This document shows, piece by piece, positions 1 to 6,839 of a stretch of 31,214 nucleotides of DNA (the first letter of the stretch is position 1; every line of letters starts with the position of its first letter). Under the pieces are notes generated by a model. That model was not told the origin of the DNA. It saw only the letters and a program-made list of their open reading frames with translations, and did no database searches. Source of the DNA: a virus; the IMG/VR virus record IMGVR_UViG_3300045988_098657, one strand, 5' to 3'. The position numbers and the translations under genes were made by a program.

Positions 1-119
1 GCAACAGCACGCAGAAAAGCAAGCCGAACGCTTTGACCGCAGGGCAAAATACAGCCTTGATGAGGACAACAAGAAGTTTGCTAAAGCAAGAGCAGACGAG
101 TGGCACGATAGGGCGGATA
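1..119. repeat. Terminal direct repeat (copy 1), identical to 31096-31214; circular-contig overlap
   Basis: gcaacagcacgcagaaaagcaagccgaacg...gagtggcacgatagggcggata is present at both ends. The reading frame is continuous across the junction. Confidence 0.95.
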
Positions 120-787
120 AGTTGGCGGAAAAAACAAGAGATTTTACTATCGACGACAGTAAGCAGAAATATTATAAATCTGTAGTTGACGGAGGTGAAG
201 AAAAAGACTTTAACAGAAAAAACAGCGGTAAAAAAATTACAGTAAAAGCACATAAGACCACGGGCAGTAATGATATTTATTTATCAGATAAAGTAAAACT
301 GAAACGCAAGCAATTCCATAAGTTTGATAAGAATGTTACAAAGATTTATGAAATGCTCGGTCAGAGCAAATCTGAAAATAAACCTGCTATTTGCATATTA
401 TCCCCCGAAGAAATGGGCAAAAATGCAGTTGCAACTTACATACCGACTGATAATGTTTTAACTGTAAATTCAGCTTATTTTATAACTAAGAATTTAGCCG
501 AATTGCAGAAATCATTTGCTTGTTCTGACAGTGAATTGAGTTCGGTACTTCATGAGCTTATCCATTGGCAAGATGCCGAGAAATACAGACAAAAATTCGG
601 TAAAATTACCGATTATAACGCATATTGCGATTATCTTAATAAAATTTATGCTCCAAAGGTTGAAAAATTGATAAGAAGCGGTTATAATATAAGTGATATA
701 AGCGAGTATGCTTTTGACTGTTTAAGAGATAAAGTTATGGATGAAGTTTATGATGAGTATAGAGTTAAGCAACTTTTAGGGGGTTGA
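2..787 (+). CDS. 3' part of the MuF-family minor head protein gene (continues from 30164..31214): coiled-coil linker plus C-terminal HExxH (minimal zincin-like) domain
   Basis: The frame is open from base 2 and matches the frame of 30164.. once the 119-bp overlap is removed. Track ORF 122..787 is the same frame. Motif AVATYIPTDNVLTVNSAYF...SVLHELIHWQDAEKY. Confidence 0.85.
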   Translation, partial: QQHAEKQAERFDRRAKYSLDEDNKKFAKARADEWHDRADKLAEKTRDFTIDDSKQKYYKSVVDGGEEKDFNRKNSGKKITVKAHKTTGSNDIYLSDKVKLKRKQFHKFDKNVTKIYEMLGQSKSENKPAICILSPEEMGKNAVATYIPTDNVLTVNSAYFITKNLAELQKSFACSDSELSSVLHELIHWQDAEKYRQKFGKITDYNAYCDYLNKIYAPKVEKLIRSGYNISDISEYAFDCLRDKVMDEVYDEYRVKQLLGG

Positions 788-791
788 TACA

Positions 792-980
792 ATGAGATTA
801 ATGCAAACAGAAGAACAGAAATCTCTTTGGGATATGTTTAAACCGTATCTTATGGTAAATGGTTTAGACGTAACTTTGCGTGAAGATGCTCCCCAAGAAG
901 TAAAAGATGCCGAAGCGCTTTATAATAAACTTAGGGAGAAAGAAAAAAAGCAATTTCTTGAAGATAATGGCATAATTTAA
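792..980 (+). CDS. Hypothetical 62-aa acidic protein directly after the MuF-HExxH gene (candidate cognate/immunity partner)
   Basis: ATG lies 4 nt after the previous stop, with a G-rich RBS (agggggttga). A strong terminator follows. Confidence 0.6.
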   Translation: MRLMQTEEQKSLWDMFKPYLMVNGLDVTLREDAPQEVKDAEALYNKLREKEKKQFLEDNGII

Positions 981-1031
981 CCGCTCCGTAACAAGAGAGG
1001 GTTTGTTATACTAAAAATTCAATAACCAATT

Positions 1032-1067
1032 AAAGCACTTAATCAATCGGATTGAGTGCTTTTTTTA
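1032..1067 (+). terminator. Rho-independent terminator T1
   Basis: AAAGCACTTAATC-aatcg-GATTGAGTGCTTT stem followed by a T run. Confidence 0.8.
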
Positions 1068-1085
1068 TGCGAAAGGAAATGTGAA

Positions 1086-1343
1086 ATGACTAATGAAGAA
1101 TTTTTGAAACTTGCAAAAAGGGCAGTAAAAGACTATACAACAGAACATCTTGATAAATCAGACGGCGAAGTCGACTTTTGCGTATACGTTGTTTGGTCTT
1201 GTAAAACACTGCAAAACAGCAAAGCACTTCTGTCAACAACGCTCCGTGACGGTATGTATTATGAGTGTACATACAACGGTGACAAAGACGAAATGTACTT
1301 TGATGCGTACAAGAAGTTTGAAAACAGGGTAATTAAACACTAA
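1086..1343 (+). CDS. Hypothetical 85-aa protein (MTNEEFLKLAKRAVKDY...)
   Basis: ATG at 1086 has RBS gaaaggaaa. The track start at 1056 lies inside the T1 hairpin, so 1086 is preferred. Confidence 0.65.
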   Translation: MTNEEFLKLAKRAVKDYTTEHLDKSDGEVDFCVYVVWSCKTLQNSKALLSTTLRDGMYYECTYNGDKDEMYFDAYKKFENRVIKH

Positions 1344-1363
1344 AAAGAGCGGTTTTGTTATTT

Positions 1364-1437
1364 TAACTTGCCCGTAAAGGGTTACAATTCGTAAAAACGG
1401 CTTGTTTTCGGACTTTTTAACTTGCCTATAACTTGCC
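1364..1437. repeat. Three copies of TAACTTGCC (1364-1372, 1418-1426, 1429-1437) in a 194-nt ORF-free spacer
   Basis: Read directly. The first two copies extend to TTTTAACTTGCC. Confidence 0.8.
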
Positions 1438-1462
1438 AAGATAAAACTTAATACATCAAATC

Positions 1463-1492
1463 AGCACTTTGAGAAATCAGAGTGCTTTTTTG
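1463..1492 (+). terminator. Rho-independent terminator T2
   Basis: AGCACTTTGA-gaaa-TCAGAGTGCT (10-bp stem, GNRA loop) followed by TTTTTT. Confidence 0.8.
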
Positions 1493-1537
1493 TATTTAAA
1501 CCCGTCGATTTCGACCGGTTAGAAAGGCGGTGACAAA

Positions 1538-1720
1538 ATGAAAGTAAGAGTAATTACATCGTTCAACGATAAAACCGAGGGGTTTATTAACAGACCGATT
1601 AATGAAGTTTTTGAGTGCTCCGAGCAGAGAGCAAAGCAGCTCATTGACGGCGGCTTTGCGGCGGAGGTTAAGCCAAACGCTACGGAAAAGCCGAAAAGAA
1701 AGACAACAAAAACAGCTTAA
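1538..1720 (+). CDS. Hypothetical 60-aa protein
   Basis: ATG with RBS agaaaggcgg. Terminator T3 follows immediately. Confidence 0.6.
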   Translation: MKVRVITSFNDKTEGFINRPINEVFECSEQRAKQLIDGGFAAEVKPNATEKPKRKTTKTA

Positions 1721-1723
1721 AAC

Positions 1724-1756
1724 GCACTTGTGAGTGACTGCACAGGTGCTTTTTTA
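1724..1756 (+). terminator. Rho-independent terminator T3
   Basis: GCACTTGTG-agtgactg-CACAGGTGC followed by TTTTTTATT. Confidence 0.75.
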
Positions 1757-1775
1757 TTGTCCGAAGACGCTAAAC

Positions 1776-1839
1776 TACGGGAGACACCGTGCAAAACTGA
1801 AACAGAGAGACACTCTATAAACTGATTACGGGAGACACC
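1776..1839. repeat. Direct repeat TACGGGAGACACC (1776-1788 and 1827-1839; 51-bp period), each followed by AACTGAAA, just upstream of the scaffold gene
   Basis: Read directly. A third partial GAGACAC lies between the two copies. Confidence 0.85.
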
Positions 1840-1864
1840 CGATAACTGAAAGGATTGATAAAAT

Positions 1865-2440
1865 ATGGCAGAAAATAACCCAACACCTAACCCAAACGAA
1901 ACACAGCCGACACCGCAGGGCAACCCTGCACCTGCATTCGATTATGACAAGCTTGCAAGTCTTATTAACGGCAAGCAGAGCGTGACAGAGGACACGGTTT
2001 TAAAGTCATACTTCAAGGAGCAGGGATTGTCAGCAGATGAGATGAAACAGGCAATCGGTGCTTTTAAGGAGCAGAAAGCCAAGAACACACCCGACATTGC
2101 GAAAATGCAGTCGGAAGTTGAATCCGCAAACAACGCAAAGCTCACGGCAGAAGTCAATCAGTCGGCAACTCTCGAAGCCGTAAAACAGGGTGTAGATATT
2201 GCAAGTATTCCGTATGTGCTTAAAATGGCAGATTTTTCGGCTGTAACGGCAGACGGCAAAATCAACACAGAAAAGCTGACCGAGGCGGTTAAGAAAGTGC
2301 TTGACGATATTCCTGCACTCAAAGCAAAAGCAAGCGAAAACGCTGGCGGTGTTCAGAAAATCGGCGGTGACGGTAACGGCAACAAAAATTTAACAGAAGA
2401 TGCCTTAAGAGGAATTTTCGGCATCAAATCGAAAAAGTAA
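1865..2440 (+). CDS. Head scaffolding protein
   Basis: 191 aa, helical and charged with a P/N/Q-rich N-terminus, immediately upstream of the capsid gene. It looks like the DUF4355-type scaffold of Firmicutes siphophages. Confidence 0.7.
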   Translation: MAENNPTPNPNETQPTPQGNPAPAFDYDKLASLINGKQSVTEDTVLKSYFKEQGLSADEMKQAIGAFKEQKAKNTPDIAKMQSEVESANNAKLTAEVNQSATLEAVKQGVDIASIPYVLKMADFSAVTADGKINTEKLTEAVKKVLDDIPALKAKASENAGGVQKIGGDGNGNKNLTEDALRGIFGIKSKK

Positions 2441-2458
2441 GAAAAGAGGTAAATAATT

Positions 2459-3352
2459 ATGGCAGTATTAGAATACGCAACTATTTTCAGTAATGTTTTA
2501 AGAGAATTGTACGGTCAAGCCCTTACTTGTGATGACCTTTACCACTCAAACTCTGACATTCAGATTATCAACGGTAAGGATGTTAAAATCCCGAAACTCT
2601 CGGTCAGCGGTTATAAAGACCATACACGAGGTGCAGGCGGTTTTAATTCGGGTACATATTCAAATGGTTACGAAACCAAAACCCTTGACCACGACAGAGA
2701 TATTGAGTTTGCTATCGACCCTATTGATGTTGACGAAACAAATATGGTAGTAACTATCGCAAATATTCAGACACGCTTTGAAAAAACACAGGCTATACCT
2801 GAACTCGACTGTTATACTTACAGCAAGATTTATACAGAAGCTAAGCGAGTTGGTGCAACAGTAAAAACTACTGCATTAACTGCGGCGAATGTGCTTGCAG
2901 ATTTTGATGATAACCTTGAGGCTTTTGCCGAAGCGGGTGTACCGCTCGACAGGGTTATTCTTTATGCGACACCACAGTACAAAAAGCTTTTGAAGAATGC
3001 AGAGGGTATTCAGAGAACACTTGAAATCAGTTCCGCAAAGGGCATTGACCGCCGTGTTCGTTCCGTTGATGATATTGATAAGATTGTAGAAGTGCCAAGC
3101 TCAAGAATGAAGTCTTTGTTTGATTTTACAAACGGTTGTGTTGCTGACAGTTCAGCTAAGCAGATTGACTATATTCTTATTGACCCGGAAGCACAGGTAT
3201 CAAGAGTTAAGTATTCATATATCAATGTCTATACTCCGCGTTCTGACAGCCGAACAGCTGATAATTATATATATCAGAACAGAAAAGTCAATGGTACTTT
3301 TGCCATTGATGAACTTATGAAGCAGGGCGTAATCATTCACGCAGAGGCTTAA
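2459..3352 (+). CDS. Major capsid protein
   Basis: 297 aa with a strong RBS (agaggtaaataattATG). Position after the scaffold gene, and the sequence resembles capsid proteins of Gram-positive siphophages. Confidence 0.8.
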   Translation: MAVLEYATIFSNVLRELYGQALTCDDLYHSNSDIQIINGKDVKIPKLSVSGYKDHTRGAGGFNSGTYSNGYETKTLDHDRDIEFAIDPIDVDETNMVVTIANIQTRFEKTQAIPELDCYTYSKIYTEAKRVGATVKTTALTAANVLADFDDNLEAFAEAGVPLDRVILYATPQYKKLLKNAEGIQRTLEISSAKGIDRRVRSVDDIDKIVEVPSSRMKSLFDFTNGCVADSSAKQIDYILIDPEAQVSRVKYSYINVYTPRSDSRTADNYIYQNRKVNGTFAIDELMKQGVIIHAEA

Positions 3353-3368
3353 AGCGAGGTGAGCAAAA

Positions 3369-3599
3369 ATGAAAGCAATTAAAGACAATAAGTCATATAC
3401 AGTCAATACAGATGAGGAAGCTAAGACTTATGTATCTCGTGGTTATGATATTCAGGACGACAATGGTGAAATCAAAGAATACGGCTTAGGCAAGAAAATT
3501 TCTGTTGATGATTACAATACTTTGAAGAAAGAAAATTCAAAGCTCAAAGCCGAAAACAAAAAACTTAAAGAGAATATCAAATCAGACACAAAGGAGTAA
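3369..3599 (+). CDS. Hypothetical small head-module protein with C-terminal coiled coil
   Basis: 76 aa, RBS gcgaggtgag. Confidence 0.6.
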   Translation: MKAIKDNKSYTVNTDEEAKTYVSRGYDIQDDNGEIKEYGLGKKISVDDYNTLKKENSKLKAENKKLKENIKSDTKE

Positions 3600-3603
3600 A
3601 TCT

Positions 3604-3933
3604 ATGTTTGCGGATTACATCGAACAGCAGGGCGGAGATGAAAACAGCATTATCTCCGCCGAGCACATCGACATTCTGACCTTTAACCGCATTGATTTTG
3701 AAAAACTTTCGGAAATGCAGAAGAGAATCATCGGCAGAGTGCATAGCAGACTTACTGCTTTTGAAGAAGAAAATGCCGATATGATTTCTTCCTATCTGAA
3801 AAATTACAACATCAACGGTGTGGGTATTGAGTTTGGCGCAAGTTGGAATTTGATGTGCATAAGCGGCGTGGCAATTCCTGCGGACCTCTACTCTCTGCTT
3901 AAATCAACAGGACTTTGTTATCCTGCAATATGA
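3604..3933 (+). CDS. Putative head-tail connector/adaptor protein
   Basis: Assigned from synteny and size (109 aa). RBS aaaggag. Confidence 0.5.
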   Translation: MFADYIEQQGGDENSIISAEHIDILTFNRIDFEKLSEMQKRIIGRVHSRLTAFEEENADMISSYLKNYNINGVGIEFGASWNLMCISGVAIPADLYSLLKSTGLCYPAI

Positions 3934-3944
3934 GGTGATATTTT

Positions 3945-4337
3945 TTGAAATTTCCGTCACTTGTAAAAAAGCAGTTCTGTAAAACTCCTGCCGAGGTCAC
4001 AATCTACGGTGAGGGAATAACCGAGGACGGCTCTCCTGTTGTTGCTTTCCTCTGCGGAGAAATATACCCGTCAGACACCTTATTGCCGAACACTAATTTG
4101 TTTGCGGGTAATGCTCATTGCAATATGCAGTCAAAGGCAAAGACCATATACACAAAAGAACAGAAAATCGTGCAGGTGTCTGCAGTGCTGCTTTTTGACG
4201 GTGACATTGCTCCCGACATCCCGACTTTGAGCGCAGGCTTTGTAGTGCTTGACGGAGTAAAGCGTAACATCGTACAAGGCATTAAACACCGCAACCCTGA
4301 CGGTACAGTGAATTATACGGAATTGGATGTGATTTAG
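3945..4337 (+). CDS. Putative head-closure protein
   Basis: TTG start with RBS gaggtg 7 nt upstream. Assigned by synteny. Confidence 0.5.
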   Translation: MKFPSLVKKQFCKTPAEVTIYGEGITEDGSPVVAFLCGEIYPSDTLLPNTNLFAGNAHCNMQSKAKTIYTKEQKIVQVSAVLLFDGDIAPDIPTLSAGFVVLDGVKRNIVQGIKHRNPDGTVNYTELDVI

Positions 4338-4723
4338 TGAGCTTTTCTGTAACATCAAAAATCAAGCTGAATTTGCCTTTATTAAAGCAGCTTGATAAAG
4401 CACAGCAGACGGCATTGCGCAATACCACAGACGCATTGCTTACGCAGATTAAAAACACGCAAGTAATGCCGTTTGATACAGGTAATTTGCAGAACGAAAG
4501 CACATTTGCCGACTACTCAAACCTTGCGAATGGGGAAACAAAAATCGTATCAAGTACGCCGTACGCAAGACGGCTGTATTTCCACCCTGAATATAATTTC
4601 AGTAGAGATGAAAACATAGCGGCAGGCGGTAAGTGGCTCATTCCTTGGCTCAAGGGTGGCACAAGGCAAAACTTTTGTCAAAAAGCATTTGCACGATTTT
4701 ACAAGCAGGAGGCAGGACTTTGA
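4337..4723 (+). CDS. Minor capsid / neck protein (Minor_capsid_2-like)
   Basis: GTG start overlaps the previous stop. YARRLYFHPEYNF...GGKWL resembles lactococcal/streptococcal minor capsid proteins. Confidence 0.55.
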   Translation: MSFSVTSKIKLNLPLLKQLDKAQQTALRNTTDALLTQIKNTQVMPFDTGNLQNESTFADYSNLANGETKIVSSTPYARRLYFHPEYNFSRDENIAAGGKWLIPWLKGGTRQNFCQKAFARFYKQEAGL

Positions 4724-5112
4724 TTTATTTATCTGACATAAGGGACTTTTTAAAGACTGTCTTTAAAGCAGAGCATTACTACATCGGTAAACTCGACAAC
4801 AAACAGGATAAGTCAATCGGCGTGTACTCTCTCAAGCAGTCGGGCGCTCCTGCAAGGGCGATTGGTGACGAGAGTACATACAACACAATCAGCGTGTCTT
4901 TACTCTTGCATTGGAACAACAACGCAAAGGAAACGGAGCAAGCGGCACGCAAGCTGTTTGAAACACTATACAGCATTAAGAATGTTAAAATCAACGAACA
5001 CACAATTTATATAATCGAGCTGCTCACCCCTGAGCCTATTGATGTGGGTACAGATGACAAGGGCATATATGAGCAGGTCATTGAAGTTAAATTTTACTAT
5101 GAAAGGAAATGA
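4720..5112 (+). CDS. Putative tail-completion/terminator protein
   Basis: TTG at 4720 overlaps the previous stop (TTTGA), with AGGAGG 10 nt upstream. The track start at 4633 would overlap the previous gene by 90 nt. Confidence 0.5.
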   Translation: MIYLSDIRDFLKTVFKAEHYYIGKLDNKQDKSIGVYSLKQSGAPARAIGDESTYNTISVSLLLHWNNNAKETEQAARKLFETLYSIKNVKINEHTIYIIELLTPEPIDVGTDDKGIYEQVIEVKFYYERK

Positions 5113-5116
5113 TATT

Positions 5117-5557
5117 ATGGCAGCAACAAGCGGAGTTTATCCTTGCTACGAAAATCAGTTTGCAATCGGTAAATCGGGCACAGACACAGTCACAACTCCA
5201 ATTGCAAATTGCGATGAGTTCTCGGTGGCATTTGATAACGGCGTTGAGGAATGGACAGCATTTGAGAACGAGGGTTGGAAGTCAAGACTTATGACAGCCA
5301 AGAGCGTTACAATCTCTGTAAAGGGCAAGCGTACAATCGGTGACGCAGGCAACGATGAAATCGCAGAGCTTGCGTTTAAGAACGGCACAGCCGCACAGCT
5401 TCCGTTTAAGTGGACTTTCCCGAACGGTGCAAGCGTACTCTTCAAGAATGCGGTTATCTCTGTAACAGCAAACGGCGCAGGCGCAAGCACAGGCGTTGCA
5501 CCTCTTGAATTTGAGGTTATGTCAAACGGCAAGCCCGAATACACACCTGCAGCCTAA
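5117..5557 (+). CDS. Major tail (tube) protein
   Basis: ATG at 5117 with RBS gaaaggaaa. 146 aa, beta-rich, located immediately before the chaperone pair. Confidence 0.65.
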   Translation: MAATSGVYPCYENQFAIGKSGTDTVTTPIANCDEFSVAFDNGVEEWTAFENEGWKSRLMTAKSVTISVKGKRTIGDAGNDEIAELAFKNGTAAQLPFKWTFPNGASVLFKNAVISVTANGAGASTGVAPLEFEVMSNGKPEYTPAA

Positions 5558-5570
5558 GGAGGTATAAAGA

Positions 5571-5888
5571 ATGTCAAAAATCATTGATATTACAAACAAG
5601 CTTAATTTTGACGAAAAGCCAAAACTTGTTATCAAAGGCACAGAAATTGAGGTCAACAATGACGCAATTTCTTTCATTAAGACGGTTGCGCTTTTTGACA
5701 GTGAGGACGGCGTAAAACCATCTGACATCTTATCGGCTCTTGAGCTTCTCTTTGATGAGGAGAACAGAGAAAAGATTGCAAAACTTCATCTCTCGTTTGC
5801 CGACCTCTCAACGCTCATCAGAACGGCAACGGATCTTATCGCCGACAATGACAGCGAGGGGGAAATTCAGACCCCGGCTACGACTTAA
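5571..5888 (+). CDS. Tail assembly chaperone (G-like)
   Basis: 105 aa, acidic, RBS taaggagg. Canonical position before the tape measure gene. Confidence 0.7.
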   Translation: MSKIIDITNKLNFDEKPKLVIKGTEIEVNNDAISFIKTVALFDSEDGVKPSDILSALELLFDEENREKIAKLHLSFADLSTLIRTATDLIADNDSEGEIQTPATT

Positions 5889-6193
5889 TAGATGATTTCG
5901 ATTTAATCGTATCGAGTTTTAAGTCAGAGTACGGGGTGAGCATTTACTCCGAAGATTTTAAAAAGATGACTTGGGCGGAGTTCAGCTCCCTGCTGTGTGG
6001 CTTGGGAACTGACACGCCTCTTGCAAGAACGGCTCAAATTCGCCTTGAGAACGATGAAAATGTTTTGAAGAACTTTACATCATCTCAACATAAAATACGC
6101 AACAAGTGGCGTTCACGCACAGCAAATAAACGCACGCAGGCTGACATAAACACAGCCTTGCATGACTTTGAAATGCTATTTGCTAATATGTAA
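5852..6193 (+). CDS. -1 frame extension of the tail assembly chaperone (T part; Gp15-like IDDFDLIVSSFKSEYGVSIYSEDFKKMTWAEF)
   Basis: The -1 frame relative to 5571..5888 is open from 5852. There is no good RBS or ATG of its own, since the track starts it at GTG 5936. Confidence 0.6.
   Translation, partial: QRGGNSDPGYDLIDDFDLIVSSFKSEYGVSIYSEDFKKMTWAEFSSLLCGLGTDTPLARTAQIRLENDENVLKNFTSSQHKIRNKWRSRTANKRTQADINTALHDFEMLFANM
5858..5866 (+). promoter_or_regulatory. Candidate -1 programmed frameshift site (GGGGGAAAT)
   Basis: Run of 5 G inside the 37-nt overlap between the G frame and the -1 frame, which opens at 5852. GGG in the P site can re-pair one base back. Confidence 0.4.
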
Positions 6194-6229
6194 ACATTGC
6201 ATACAATTTTGTTTATTTTTATAAAAATC

Positions 6230-6258
6230 TTGACTTTTATGTATATTTTTGGTAATAT
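6230..6258 (+). promoter_or_regulatory. Sigma-70-type promoter of the TM2 moron (TTGACT-17-TAATAT)
   Basis: Read directly in an AT-rich spacer 50 nt upstream of ATG 6309. Confidence 0.6.
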
Positions 6259-6308
6259 AAAGAAAATATGAAATAAAGTAACATTTTATTATAAAAGGAG
6301 AGATACAA

Positions 6309-6713
6309 ATGGAGAATCAAAATACTGTGCAGACACAAGAAAACACAAAGTTTTGTAAACATTGTGGTGGAAAAATTGCGAAAGAGGCTGTTATCTGCCC
6401 ACTGTGTGGATGTCAAGTTGAGCAAATTACAAATACACAAGGTACACAACCTATTGTTATTAATAACACTAATAATAACACAAGTGCAGCCTCTGCGACA
6501 GCGGTCGCAAATGGTGGAATGCAAGGAAAACCTAAAAGCAAATGGGTAGCATTAATTTTATGCATTTTTCTTGGGTATCTCGGCGCTCATAAATTTTATG
6601 AAGGCAAAATCGGAATGGGTATTCTTTATCTTTTCACCGGAGGTTTATTTATCGTTGGTGTAATTATAGACATTATTGCTTTGCTCGGTAAATCTAATCC
6701 GTATTATGTTTAA
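6309..6713 (+). CDS. Zinc-ribbon plus TM2-domain membrane protein (moron)
   Basis: CKHCGG-x12-CPLCG, then KWVALILCIFLGYLGAHKFYEGKIGMGILYLFTGGLFIVGVIIDIIALL, which is the TM2 signature. Strong RBS aaaaggagag. Confidence 0.8.
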   Translation: MENQNTVQTQENTKFCKHCGGKIAKEAVICPLCGCQVEQITNTQGTQPIVINNTNNNTSAASATAVANGGMQGKPKSKWVALILCIFLGYLGAHKFYEGKIGMGILYLFTGGLFIVGVIIDIIALLGKSNPYYV

Positions 6714-6745
6714 GAATGTAGCATAACAACTAAATAAGCTAATTA

Positions 6746-6777
6746 CAGCGTACATCTTCGGGTGTGCGCTGTTTTTA
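6746..6777 (+). terminator. Rho-independent terminator of the TM2 moron
   Basis: CAGCGTACATC-ttcg-GGTGTGCGCTG (UUCG loop) followed by TTTTTAT. Confidence 0.8.
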
Positions 6778-6839
6778 TACCACAGGGTGTAGCATTTTTG
6801 CAACGCCCTTATTTTTATGCAGAAAGGATGTGAAACATA

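Noticed and set aside
1004-1012. Extended -10-like sequence TGTTATACT after the 62-aa ORF
   Set aside because: There is no -35 element, and terminator T1 begins about 20 nt downstream, so a productive promoter is unlikely. It is probably a chance match in AT-rich DNA.
4633-5116. Longer N-terminal extensions offered by the track (4633, 5039, 25592, 26305, 26868, 1056, 12207 and similar)
   Set aside because: The extensions overlap the preceding genes or terminator hairpins and lack RBSs. Internal starts with AGGAGG-type RBSs at proper spacing were chosen instead.
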